Source: Actinomycetota bacterium (lineage in GTDB: Bacteria; Actinomycetota; Acidimicrobiia; Acidimicrobiales; SZUA-35). Taken from it: a stretch of DNA of 64,000 nt. Below the pieces are notes generated by a model. It made no database searches, was not told where the DNA came from, and was given only the letters and a program-made list of their open reading frames with translations. The DNA lies in the NCBI GenBank assembly GCA_039195375.1, contig JBCCVL010000004.1, positions 8,173 to 72,172 of the forward strand, in the 5' to 3' direction. This document shows positions 54,516 to 64,000 of this stretch, in pieces (position 1 is the stretch's first letter; each line of letters opens with the position of its first letter). The position numbers and the translations under genes were made by a program.

Positions 54516-57500
54516 GCCGGTCCGACCTCCGGCGTCGGGTGGCGACCTCGGTCGTCGCCTTCGTCGCGCTCCTGAGCCTGGTGGCGGGAACCCCGAGCCC
54601 CGTCCGGGCCCAGCCGATCGGGAACCAGGACGAGACCCCGACCACGACCGACCCGGGTGAGGCGAGCGATCCGGGTGGGTCGAGCGACCCGGGCGAATTG
54701 AGCGAGCCGACGCGGACGTCGTCGACGGACCCAGACGAGGCGACCGAGCCGGGGTCAGACGACCAAACGGGCCTGACACCAGCGGGTGAGGCGCCGGCCG
54801 ACGACGCCGAGCCGTCCACCGATGGTGAGGCGTCGCCGACCAATGAGGAGACGGCGTCGAGCGACGGGGAGGCGCCGACCGACCGCCCGGCACCGCCGGC
54901 GGCCCTGTTCCTCACCAGGACCGGCCGGTCGACGATCCTGATCACCGACCCGGCGACCGGCTCGACGACGGGGGAGCGCCCGCTCACCGGCGTCGACGCC
55001 GCAGCGCCGTCCGGCCTGACGGTCGACGGCGATGGCGAGGTCTACGCGGCCGACGGCGTCGCCGGGACGGTCGAGCGGTTCGACACCGATGACTCGACGT
55101 CGACGGTGGTCCTCGACCGGGTCGATCGAACCGATGCCGCCGTGCAGGCCGGGCTCGGGGACGCGCCGTTCCTGCCCCGCGGGCTCGCCGCTGGCGACGA
55201 CGGCACGCTCTACGTGGTCGACGCCGGCATCGACCGGGTCCTCGGCTTCGTCCCCGCCGGGCGGACCGGGACCCGGTACAACCGGCGCCCCGGGGTCGAA
55301 GCGCCACCGGTCCCGACGCTCGGCGCCGTCACCGGTGGGGCCCTCCGCGATCCGGTCGACGTGGTCGTCGTCGACGGCGAGCTGCTGGTCTCGGACCGCG
55401 GTGACGACGACATCGAGCGCTACGACGCCGTCACCGGCGAGCACCTCGGCACCCTGGCCACCCTCGAGCCGGGTGATCGACCGGCCGGTCTCGCGCTCAC
55501 CGACGACGGGCGCCTGCTCGTCGCGCTGTCCGGCCGGGGCGCGGTCGCCGCGATCGACCTGGCCGCCGGCGCTGTCGACGACGAGCCGCTGGTCGACGGC
55601 CTCGTCGGCCCGTCCGACGTGACGGTCGCCGCCGCCGGCAACGGCGACCCAGCCGACGACGTGCTGTGGGTCGCCGACGCCTGGGCCGGCACGGTGACCG
55701 CCCACGACACCGACTCCGGCGACCCGACCGGTCTGGCCATGACCGTCGACGACGGCACGCTCCCGTCGCTCCTGGCCGCCCGCTCCGAGCCGGCGCCGGC
55801 CGCCGAGCCGGGCGAACCGCTCGACGGCGACCCCGCCGTCGACGGCGATCCGGCAACAGACGATTCGGCCACCGGCGACGCACTGGACGCCCCACCCGGC
55901 GACGATCCCGTCCTCCCGACCAAGGACATCGACAACGCCGTCGACGGCACCCTCGACCTGTCGGAGCGGACCGACCAGTGGCTCGACCAGCTCGGCGACC
56001 CGGACGAGGGCGTCGAGTTCGCAACCAACACCGGCGCGGCCGACGTCGACGTCGACTTCGCCCTGGTCACGGAGACCTACGACGCCGTCATCGGCGAGGG
56101 TGAGGTCGCGCTGGTGGCCGAAGGCGAGTCGGTCACCGATGCGGTGGTCATGGAGGTGATCGGCTCGGCCCCCGACCCGGACGGCCGGATCCTCGAGACG
56201 TCGCCGATCCGGACCGACGTCGACCCGTCGTCGGAGAACGCCGTCGCCGACGCCCTCCCACCGGTGGTCGACGAACCGGGTGCCGCCGCCGCACCGGGCG
56301 GCAACCCGACCGTGGACCCCGACCTGGCCGACGAGGACGACGCCATCGAGGTCGAGGAGGTCCTCCCCGGCGTCGACGTGGTGTACTCGGCCGACGACGG
56401 CGACGTCGAGTACAGCTTCGTGATCGAACCGGGCGCCGACCCGGACGAGATCACGCTCGACTTCGACGGAGCCGAGGCCGTCAGCCTCCTCCCGAACGGC
56501 GACCTGCTGATCGAGTCGGAGTCCGGGCCCGACTACCGCTCGACCGCGCCGATCACGTATCAGGAGGTCGATGGCGAGCCGGTCATCATCCCGAGCGGCT
56601 ATCTGATCCGCGACGACGGCACCGTCGGCTTCACGCTCGGCGCCTACGACCCGTCGCTGCCGGTTGTCATCGACCCGACGTTCGTCGCCGTGAACAGCGC
56701 GAGCGGCTCGTACACCTCGGGCTCGACGATCGACCTGCCGGTGCCGACGACCGTGGCCACCGACGATCTGATGCTCGCCCACGTCGCCTGGAACATGTGG
56801 GGCAACACGAACGACATCACCCCGCCGGCCGGGTGGAACACCGTCAACGAGACGGCGGCCAACGGCCTGGTCCACGGCGTCTACTGGCGGATCGCCACCT
56901 CGTCGGAGCCGTCGAGCTACAGCTTCACCCTCACCGGCTCGACCGAGACCGCGGCCGGCTCGATCACCGTCTACGACGGGGTCGACACCAGCTCACCGAT
57001 CGATGTGTCCGCAACGCAGGGCAACTCGGCTGGCGCCGCCATCGTCGCGCCGTCGGTCACCACGACGGTCGACGACGCCACGCTGGTGGCGCTGTGGTCG
57101 GTCAGGGACGATGGCTCGTTGACCCAACCGGGTGCCATGACCGAGCGGATCGACGTGACCAGCTCGACCGGCGACACGGCCGACGAGGAGACGGTGGCGG
57201 CCGTGGCCGAGGAGACCATCGGCGCCGCCGGCTCGACCGGTACCCGGACCGCCACCGTCGACGCCTCAGCCGGTTCGATCGGCACCCTGGTGGCCCTCAA
57301 CCCGGCCAGCGGCGGTGGCGGCGGCAGCAATCTGGTGATGGTCACGGCCAACGGAGGATTCACCAGCGGCAACGACTCGGCCAAGCGCACCCTGTTCGAG
57401 GGCTGGGGTTGGACCGTGACCGCCATCGACGACAACTCGTCGGCCAGCGCCTACAGCTCCGCGGCGGCGGCCAACGACGTGATGTTCCTCTCGGACACGG

Positions 57501-60500
57501 CGGGCAATGTCCAGAACAACGCCCGCTCGCTCGACGTCGGGCTCGTCGTCGAGGCGTACAGCAACATCGAGAACAACCTGTTCGCCAGTTCCTCGTCGCA
57601 GTCGTTCACCTCGAACACGTCGATCACGATCACCGACAACAGCCACTACATCACGTCGCCGGTCTCCACCGGTTCGCTCACGATCCAGACCTCGTCCGAC
57701 GACGTCAACTACTGGCGGTCCGACGTGACGGCGTTGCCGGCCGGCGTCGACGTCCTCGCCACGTCGCCAACGTCGTCTCAGCACTCGGCGCTCTTCGTTG
57801 CCGAAACCGGTGGCACCTTGTATTCGGCCAACACGGCGCCGAATCGACGGGTCTGGTTCCCGAGCGACGCCGCCAATCCCTCGCTGTTCACGTCCGACTA
57901 CGAGACCCTGCTGGAGCGGTCACTCGACTGGGCCGCCGGCAACGATGTCGTCGCCGCCGTCGCCTCACCGACCGCCACGGTGAACTCGACCGGCGACTCG
58001 AGCGACAACAACGCCGGCGACGACATCTGCGACACCGGTAACACCAACGCCGCCGGCGAGCCCGAGTGCACCCTGCGGGCCGCCATCCAGGAGGCCAACG
58101 CCTCCTCGCTGACCAACACCATCCGCTTCCTGATCCCGACCGCCGACTCCGGCCAGTCGTCCGGCGTCTGGACCATCAGCTCGGGCTCGGCGCTGCCGAC
58201 GATCACCGCGCCGGTCGTCGTCGACGGCACGACCCAGGACGGCTACTCGACGCCGGTCGTCGCCATCGACGGCTCGAGTCAGGGCTCGGGCGACGGGCTG
58301 GTCGTCTCCGGCGACGACGTGACGATCCGAGGCCTCAACATCCACTCGATGCCAGGCGACGGCGTGCAGGTGACGGGAGACCGGATCACCTTCACCGACA
58401 ACCACATCGGGACCAACGCCGCTGGCACCGCGGTCGACGGCAACGGCGACGAGGGCGTGCAGATCGACGGGGCCGACGCCGTCGTCAGCGGCAACATCAT
58501 CTCGGCCAGCGGCCAGAACGGCCTGACCATCCTGGGCGACGGCCACCGAGCCAGGGTCGTCGGGAACAAGATCGGCACCGATGTCACCGGCAACGTCGGC
58601 TTCGGCAACGGCCAGGAGGGCATCGAGATCACCGGGGCCGACGACGTCGTCATCGGTGAGCCAGGCAACGGCAACGTCATCTCGGGCAATGCCTACGCCG
58701 CCATCAACGGCTGGAACAACACCCCGAGCAACACGGTCGTCCAGGCCAACCTGATCGGTGTCGGTGCCGACGGCACCACGTCGCTGCCGAACAGCACCAC
58801 GGCGGGTGAGGGTGGCATCACCATCCGGACGAGCGCCCAGGACTGGCTCATCGGCGGGACCGGGGCCGGCGAGGGCAACACCATCGCCAACAACATCGGC
58901 GACGGCATCCAGCTCGAAGCGATCAACGGCACCGGCGACAACGTCGCCATCCTCGGCAACTCGATCCGGGCCAACACCGGGCTCGGCATCGACCTGGTCG
59001 ATGACGGCGTCACCGCCAACGACGCCTCCGACCTCGACACCGGCCCAAACGACCTCCTCAACTTCCCGGTCGTCACCTCGACGTCGGAGTCGGGCGGGAC
59101 GATCACCGTCGACTACGACCTCGACGTCCCCTCCGGCAACTACCGCATCGAGTTCTCCACCAACCCTTCCGGGGCCGACCCGGACGGCCATGGCGAGGGC
59201 GAGACGTTCGTCCACGCCCACTCGATCGCCCACACCGGTTCGGGTGTCGAGTCGTTCTCCACGACGTTCGCCGGCTCGACGGGTGCGGTGGTGACGGCAA
59301 CGGCCACCGAGGACCTCGGCAGCGGCAACTACGGGTCCACGTCGGAGTTCTCGCTCGAGGCCTACGTCGCCCCGACGTCGCTCGACCCGGTCGTGCTCGA
59401 CGGGGTGCAGTCGGGGACGACGACCCTCCCGAGCGGTTCGACGTCGGTGACGGTCACGATCGACGCCGTCGACACGACGAGCTCGTTCCTCGAGTTCGGC
59501 GTGCGGGGGACCGGGACCGAACCGGGCCGGCTCCAGATCATCGGCGAGCTGACCAACTCGACCACGGTGACGTTCACTCGCGACAACACCGGCGTCGACG
59601 TGGTGATCGACTGGTCGGTCGTCGAGTTCAGCTCGGGGGTGACCGTCCAGCGCGGCGTGAGCTCCAACTCCGGTGGCGCCGTGGTCGACACGACGATCAG
59701 TGCCGTCGACCGCAGCCGGAGCTTCGTGCTCCTCGGCGGCTACCAGGTCGACGGCGTGACCTTCGACGGCAACGACTTCGTCCAGGCCAGCCTGACCTCG
59801 GCCACCAACCTGCGGCTCGCCGTCGACTTCGCCACGCCGAGCACCGTCCCCTGGCAGGTGATCACGTACAACGACGCCACGGTGCAGCGGGGGACGGCGA
59901 GCTTCGGCGCAAGCGACGCGTCGGCGACGGCCGCGGTCTCGACCGTCGACACGACGAAGGCCTGGCTCGTCTACAACTACTCGACCACGGCCGGCACGAC
60001 GACGAACATCGGCCAGAAGCTGGTCCGCGGCCGCATCACCGACGCAACGACTCTGACGTTCGACCGATCGAGCACCGGGCAGGCCGTCGACCTCCGGTGG
60101 GAGTTGATCGAGTTCACCGACTCGACGACGGTGCAACACGCCTCGGCCTCGTTCGGGACCTCGGTCTCGGCCCAGGGGGTGACGATCAGCGCCGTCGATC
60201 GCGGCCGGGCCATCGCCACCGGCGGTTACCTCGGCCAGGGTGGCCGAACCCCGTTCGCCTCCGACGACAACCCCAACTACGCCTGGTTCACCTCGGAACT
60301 GATCGGCGCAACCGAGCTCCGCCTCCAGCGGGGGGTCACCGGAGCGGCCGCCGACCTCGGATGGTTCGTCATCGAGTGGGTCTGCGCCGACAGCGACGCC
60401 GACGGGATCACCGACTGCCACGAGGATGCGAACACCGACGGCGACAACGACCCGTCGACCAACCCGGGTCCCGACACCGACGGCGACACGACGCCGGACT

Positions 60501-63500
60501 ATCTCGACAGCGACGACGACGGCGACGGCTCGGCAACCAGCTCCGAGAACGCCGATCCGAACGGCGACGGTGACCCCCGGGATGCGCTCGATGCCGACCG
60601 GGACGCTCAGCCCGACTACCTCGACGTCGAGGTCACCAGCAGCGGGCTCCCGGTGCTGGGTGAGCAGAAGATCTCGGCCTCCGTCGGTGGTCTGAGCGGT
60701 CCGACGAACTCCGGCGGCAACTTCGGGTCATCAGCGGCGGCCATCGGGGACATCGACGGGGACGGGATCAACGACGTCGCCGTCGGTGCGCAGAACGATG
60801 GCGACGGGGGCACCGCTCGCGGCGCAGTGTACGTGCTGTTCCTCAACGCGGACGGCACCGTCAAGGGCGAGCAGAAGATCAGCTCGACCCAGGGTGGGCT
60901 CACCGGCCCGCTGACCAACGCCGACCTGTTCGGTCGTGACATCGAGGGGCTCGGCGACGTCGACGGCGACGGGATCGGCGACATCGCCGTCGGCGCGTTC
61001 GGCGACGACACCGGTGGCGGTTCGTCCGGCGCGATCTACGTCCTGTTGCTCAACGCGGACGGCACGGTCAAGGGCGAGCAGCTGATCTCCGAGGGGGCCG
61101 GCGGCTTCACCACCGCGCTCGACCCGGAGGACCGCTTCGGTCTCGGCATCGCCGCCATCGGCGACGTCGACGGGAACGGCGTCCGGGACGTGGCCGTCGG
61201 TGCCCCCCGAGACGACGACGGCGGGACCGATCGGGGCGCGGTCTACGTGCTCTTCCTCGAGGCCGACGGCACGGTCGTCGGCGAGCAGAAGATCTCGGAC
61301 ACCACGGGCGGGCTCGCCGCCGCGCTGGACAACGAGGACCACTTCGGCGAGTCGCTCACCTCACCCGGTGACGTGGATGGCGATGGGGTCGTCGACCTGG
61401 CGGTCGCCGTCGGCGGCGACGATGACGGCGGGACCGATCGGGGCGCGGTCTACGTGCTCTTCCTCAACAGCGACGGCACCGTCAAGGGCGAGCAGAAGAT
61501 CTCCCAGTCGACCGGCGGCGGCCCTGGGCTCGACGACGGCGACGCCTTCGGTTCGGACGTGACCGGTATTGGTGACCTCGATGGCGACGGTGTCGAGGAC
61601 CTGGCCGTCGGCGCCATCGGTGACGACGACGGCGGTACTGATCGCGGAGCCCTCTACCTGCTGACCCTGGCAAGCGACGGCACCGTCAGTGCAACCGAGA
61701 AGCTCAGCTCGACCGCGGGCAGCCTGACCGGACCGCTCGACGACAGCGACGAATTCGGCAGTGGTCTGGCCGGGATCGGTGACCTCGACGGCGATGGGGG
61801 GCTGAACCTCGTCGTCGGCGCCCACCTCGACGACGACGGCGGTTCCGCCCGCGGTGCGGTCTACGTCCTCGACCTCAGCAGCGGGTGCCTCGACACCACC
61901 GACACCGACTCCGACGGCCTCTACGACTGCTTCGAGACCCCGTTCGGCGACACCGACGGCGACACGACTCCGAACGAGCTCGACGCCGACGACGACGGCG
62001 ACGGCACCAACACCTCGGCCGAGAACGCCGACCCGAACGGCGACGGCAGCCCGCAGGACGCCGTCGACACCAACCGGAACGGCATCCCCGACTACCTCGA
62101 CGTCGGCGCCTCCCCAAGCCATGCCTCGGTCGCCGGCGAGCAGAAGATCAGTGACTCGCTCGGCGGGCTGACCGCCACGATCGACGACAGCGACATGCTC
62201 GGTCAGTCCCTGGCCTCGATCGGCGACGTCGACGGCGACGGGATCGCCGATCTCGCCATCGGGGCGCCGGGCGACGACGACGGCGGGTCGGCCAGGGGCG
62301 CAGTCCACATCCTGTTCCTCAACACAGACGGGACCGTGAAGGGTGAGCAGAAGATCAGCGACACCGCGGGTGGGCTGACTGCGACGCTGACCAACAGTGA
62401 CGAGTTCGGTCATGCGATCTCGGGCCTCGGCGACGTCGACGGCGACGGGATCGCCGACATCGCCGTCGGGACCTGGGGTGACGACGACGGGGGCACCGAT
62501 CGCGGCGGGATCCACGTGCTGTTCCTGAACGCCGACGGCACGGTGAAGGGTGAGCAGAAGATCAGCGACACGGCGGGTGGGCTCGCCGCGACGCTCGACG
62601 ACGGCGACCGCTTCGGTGCCGCGTTGTCCGGACTGGGTGACGTCGATGGGGACGGCATCAACGATCTCGCCGTCGACGCCCGCTACGACGATGACGGTGG
62701 CACCGGCCGCGGCGCCGTCTACGTGCTGTTCCTCGACGACGATGGCACGGTCAAGGGTGAGCAGAAGATCAGTGACACCGCCGGTGGGCTCACCGCGGCA
62801 CTCGAGAACGGCGACAACTTCGGGTCAGGAACGGCTGGCATCGGCGACCTCGACGGCGACGGCGTGCCCGATCTCGTCGTCGGCGCGACCGGAGACGACG
62901 ACGGTGGTTCGGCCACCGGCGCCGTCTACGTCCTGCTGCTCAACAGCGACGGCACCGTGAAGGGTGAGCAGAAGATCTCGGACACCACGGGTGGCCTCGT
63001 CAACCCGATTGCCGACAACCAGCTCTTCGGCCGTGACGTCACCGGCCTTGGTGACTATGACGGGGACGGCACGATCGACATCGCCGTCGGCAACTGGGCT
63101 GCACCGGGCACCGGCTCCGCCCGCGGCGGGATCCGCGTCCTGTCCCTCGACGCCGCCGGCCGGGTCATCGAGGATCGGATCATCGACGACGTGTACGGCG
63201 GCCTGACCGCGTTGCTCGACGCCAACGACCGGTTCGGGACAAGCGTCGCCAGCCTCGGCGACCTCGACGGCGACGGCGGCCTGAACCTGGCCGTCGGCGC
63301 CCGCTACGACGACGACGGCGGCACCGATCGTGGCGCCGCCTACATCCTGGATCTGCGGACCCGGGCCGACGCCGACGGCGACGGCCTCTGGGACCACCGG
63401 GAGGACGCCGACACCGATCTCGACGGCAATCCGGCCACCAGCCCGGGGCCGGACACCGACGGCGACACCACCGTCGACTACCTGGACCCGGACGACGACG

Positions 63501-64000
63501 GCGACGGCGCGGCCACCACCACCGAGAACGCCGACCCGAACGGCGACGGCCATCAACGCGATGCCCGCGACTCCGACCACGACGGCCAGCCCGACTACCT
63601 CGACCCCGACGTCGGCTCCGGTGCAACGCCGGTCCGATCGGAGCAGAAGATCAGTGACACGACGGGCGACCTCTCGGCCACGCTCGACGACAGCGACGCC
63701 ATCGGAACCGCCGTTGCCTCGATCGGTGACCTCGACGGCGACGGGATCGGCGACCTGGTGGTCGGTGCGCCCGAAGACGACGACGGAGGCGCCGGTCGTG
63801 GTGCCGTGCACGTGCTCTTCCTCGACGCAGACGGCACGGTCGCATCGGAGCAGAAGCTCAGCTCAACCACCGGTGGGCTGACCGGGCCGCTCGACAACGG
63901 CGACCGGTTCGGGGCGTCGGTGGCCGCCATCGGTGACGTCGACGGCGACGGCGTGCTCGATCTCGCGGTCGGCGCCGACCAGGACGACGACGGTGGCTCG
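54509..64000 (+). CDS. Giant secreted multidomain adhesin-like protein, at least 3164 aa, 3' end outside the window; not in the ORF track
   Basis: My own translation of the + frame (positions = 2 mod 3) is open from 54260 to 64000, and no + ORF in this frame is listed. In order: signal peptide RRRVATSVVAFVALLSLVAGTPSPVRAQP; an acidic S/T/P region; NHL-like repeats (LYVVDAGIDRV, LLVSDRGDDDIERYD); a CSLREA-like CTLRAAIQEAN plus parallel beta-helix repeats; NDASDLDTGPNDLLNFPV; three W-x-V-I/E-F repeats; then TSP3-like Ca-binding blocks and FG-GAP repeats. Confidence 0.85.
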   Translation, partial: MVSRSDLRRRVATSVVAFVALLSLVAGTPSPVRAQPIGNQDETPTTTDPGEASDPGGSSDPGELSEPTRTSSTDPDEATEPGSDDQTGLTPAGEAPADDAEPSTDGEASPTNEETASSDGEAPTDRPAPPAALFLTRTGRSTILITDPATGSTTGERPLTGVDAAAPSGLTVDGDGEVYAADGVAGTVERFDTDDSTSTVVLDRVDRTDAAVQAGLGDAPFLPRGLAAGDDGTLYVVDAGIDRVLGFVPAGRTGTRYNRRPGVEAPPVPTLGAVTGGALRDPVDVVVVDGELLVSDRGDDDIERYDAVTGEHLGTLATLEPGDRPAGLALTDDGRLLVALSGRGAVAAIDLAAGAVDDEPLVDGLVGPSDVTVAAAGNGDPADDVLWVADAWAGTVTAHDTDSGDPTGLAMTVDDGTLPSLLAARSEPAPAAEPGEPLDGDPAVDGDPATDDSATGDALDAPPGDDPVLPTKDIDNAVDGTLDLSERTDQWLDQLGDPDEGVEFATNTGAADVDVDFALVTETYDAVIGEGEVALVAEGESVTDAVVMEVIGSAPDPDGRILETSPIRTDVDPSSENAVADALPPVVDEPGAAAAPGGNPTVDPDLADEDDAIEVEEVLPGVDVVYSADDGDVEYSFVIEPGADPDEITLDFDGAEAVSLLPNGDLLIESESGPDYRSTAPITYQEVDGEPVIIPSGYLIRDDGTVGFTLGAYDPSLPVVIDPTFVAVNSASGSYTSGSTIDLPVPTTVATDDLMLAHVAWNMWGNTNDITPPAGWNTVNETAANGLVHGVYWRIATSSEPSSYSFTLTGSTETAAGSITVYDGVDTSSPIDVSATQGNSAGAAIVAPSVTTTVDDATLVALWSVRDDGSLTQPGAMTERIDVTSSTGDTADEETVAAVAEETIGAAGSTGTRTATVDASAGSIGTLVALNPASGGGGGSNLVMVTANGGFTSGNDSAKRTLFEGWGWTVTAIDDNSSASAYSSAAAANDVMFLSDTAGNVQNNARSLDVGLVVEAYSNIENNLFASSSSQSFTSNTSITITDNSHYITSPVSTGSLTIQTSSDDVNYWRSDVTALPAGVDVLATSPTSSQHSALFVAETGGTLYSANTAPNRRVWFPSDAANPSLFTSDYETLLERSLDWAAGNDVVAAVASPTATVNSTGDSSDNNAGDDICDTGNTNAAGEPECTLRAAIQEANASSLTNTIRFLIPTADSGQSSGVWTISSGSALPTITAPVVVDGTTQDGYSTPVVAIDGSSQGSGDGLVVSGDDVTIRGLNIHSMPGDGVQVTGDRITFTDNHIGTNAAGTAVDGNGDEGVQIDGADAVVSGNIISASGQNGLTILGDGHRARVVGNKIGTDVTGNVGFGNGQEGIEITGADDVVIGEPGNGNVISGNAYAAINGWNNTPSNTVVQANLIGVGADGTTSLPNSTTAGEGGITIRTSAQDWLIGGTGAGEGNTIANNIGDGIQLEAINGTGDNVAILGNSIRANTGLGIDLVDDGVTANDASDLDTGPNDLLNFPVVTSTSESGGTITVDYDLDVPSGNYRIEFSTNPSGADPDGHGEGETFVHAHSIAHTGSGVESFSTTFAGSTGAVVTATATEDLGSGNYGSTSEFSLEAYVAPTSLDPVVLDGVQSGTTTLPSGSTSVTVTIDAVDTTSSFLEFGVRGTGTEPGRLQIIGELTNSTTVTFTRDNTGVDVVIDWSVVEFSSGVTVQRGVSSNSGGAVVDTTISAVDRSRSFVLLGGYQVDGVTFDGNDFVQASLTSATNLRLAVDFATPSTVPWQVITYNDATVQRGTASFGASDASATAAVSTVDTTKAWLVYNYSTTAGTTTNIGQKLVRGRITDATTLTFDRSSTGQAVDLRWELIEFTDSTTVQHASASFGTSVSAQGVTISAVDRGRAIATGGYLGQGGRTPFASDDNPNYAWFTSELIGATELRLQRGVTGAAADLGWFVIEWVCADSDADGITDCHEDANTDGDNDPSTNPGPDTDGDTTPDYLDSDDDGDGSATSSENADPNGDGDPRDALDADRDAQPDYLDVEVTSSGLPVLGEQKISASVGGLSGPTNSGGNFGSSAAAIGDIDGDGINDVAVGAQNDGDGGTARGAVYVLFLNADGTVKGEQKISSTQGGLTGPLTNADLFGRDIEGLGDVDGDGIGDIAVGAFGDDTGGGSSGAIYVLLLNADGTVKGEQLISEGAGGFTTALDPEDRFGLGIAAIGDVDGNGVRDVAVGAPRDDDGGTDRGAVYVLFLEADGTVVGEQKISDTTGGLAAALDNEDHFGESLTSPGDVDGDGVVDLAVAVGGDDDGGTDRGAVYVLFLNSDGTVKGEQKISQSTGGGPGLDDGDAFGSDVTGIGDLDGDGVEDLAVGAIGDDDGGTDRGALYLLTLASDGTVSATEKLSSTAGSLTGPLDDSDEFGSGLAGIGDLDGDGGLNLVVGAHLDDDGGSARGAVYVLDLSSGCLDTTDTDSDGLYDCFETPFGDTDGDTTPNELDADDDGDGTNTSAENADPNGDGSPQDAVDTNRNGIPDYLDVGASPSHASVAGEQKISDSLGGLTATIDDSDMLGQSLASIGDVDGDGIADLAIGAPGDDDGGSARGAVHILFLNTDGTVKGEQKISDTAGGLTATLTNSDEFGHAISGLGDVDGDGIADIAVGTWGDDDGGTDRGGIHVLFLNADGTVKGEQKISDTAGGLAATLDDGDRFGAALSGLGDVDGDGINDLAVDARYDDDGGTGRGAVYVLFLDDDGTVKGEQKISDTAGGLTAALENGDNFGSGTAGIGDLDGDGVPDLVVGATGDDDGGSATGAVYVLLLNSDGTVKGEQKISDTTGGLVNPIADNQLFGRDVTGLGDYDGDGTIDIAVGNWAAPGTGSARGGIRVLSLDAAGRVIEDRIIDDVYGGLTALLDANDRFGTSVASLGDLDGDGGLNLAVGARYDDDGGTDRGAAYILDLRTRADADGDGLWDHREDADTDLDGNPATSPGPDTDGDTTVDYLDPDDDGDGAATTTENADPNGDGHQRDARDSDHDGQPDYLDPDVGSGATPVRSEQKISDTTGDLSATLDDSDAIGTAVASIGDLDGDGIGDLVVGAPEDDDGGAGRGAVHVLFLDADGTVASEQKLSSTTGGLTGPLDNGDRFGASVAAIGDVDGDGVLDLAVGADQDDDGGS
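60640..64000 (+). repeat. 207-bp (69-aa) FG-GAP/VCBS-type coding tandem repeats arranged in roughly 1.48-1.50 kb super-modules
   Basis: gagcagaagatc recurs at 60662, 60869, 61283, 61490, 62138, 62345, 62552, 62759, 62966 and 63641. Steps within a module are 207 or 414 nt. Consensus: FGxxxxxIGDxDGDGxxDxAVGAxxDDDGGxxRGAVYVLFLNxDGTVKGEQKIS. Confidence 0.9.

Noticed and set aside
54755-63811. Long minus-strand ORFs 54755..56875, 57965..60421, 60731..61342, 61361..62515 and 62825..63811
   Set aside because: They are antisense shadows of the giant plus-strand ORF. Their products are R/G/D/V/P-rich with no motifs, whereas the plus frame encodes a signal peptide and recognisable repeat domains. High GC suppresses stop codons in antisense frames.
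1-64000. tRNA, rRNA, riboswitch, transposase/integrase, prophage or defence-island signatures
   Set aside because: Scanning by eye of the few intergenic regions, all under 250 nt, found none. The window is almost fully occupied by protein-coding genes. Small structured RNAs cannot be excluded without covariance-model searches.

Overview
High-GC (roughly 70%), densely coding chromosomal segment. Gene order looks like Actinomycetota: sigH-rshA, tilS, folP-folB-folK, nadC, lysS. All calls come from reading motifs in the supplied translations and the DNA; no searches were run. I saw no rRNA, tRNA, CRISPR array, transposase or integrase. nt 1-20000 is mostly housekeeping plus small accessory genes. 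nt 20600-26000 holds an orphan FHA-EccC/EssC-like ATPase with a divergent WxG-like partner. nt 26000-40300 holds transporters, a cyclase, a LuxR/LAL regulator and enzymes. The main candidate system is nt 40443-64000. It starts with a seven-gene, translationally coupled operon: a PilZ-bearing GT2-like membrane protein, four TasA/camelysin-like proteins with SipW-type signal peptides, and two SipW-type (S26B) signal peptidases. One peptidase is fused to a polytopic GGDEF-EAL module. The other is fused to its own substrate-like internal signal peptide and a roughly 1000-aa DUF2341/LamG passenger. A minimal MCP-like gene follows. After that comes a giant ORF of at least 3164 aa (54509 to the window end) that is absent from the ORF track because it has no stop inside the window. 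Its long antisense shadows are what the track lists instead. Second lead: a Tat-signal protein split by a single in-frame TGA (5661), followed by a hairpin whose geometry and GGUC loop match the E. coli fdhF SECIS, making it a candidate new selenoprotein. Smaller observations: a GGDEF-RHH fusion, a 36-bp in-frame tandem repeat in a GNAT gene, a Cys-less phosphatase-like gene inside the folate operon, a leaderless mini-ORF, and a coupled uORF in front of the giant gene.
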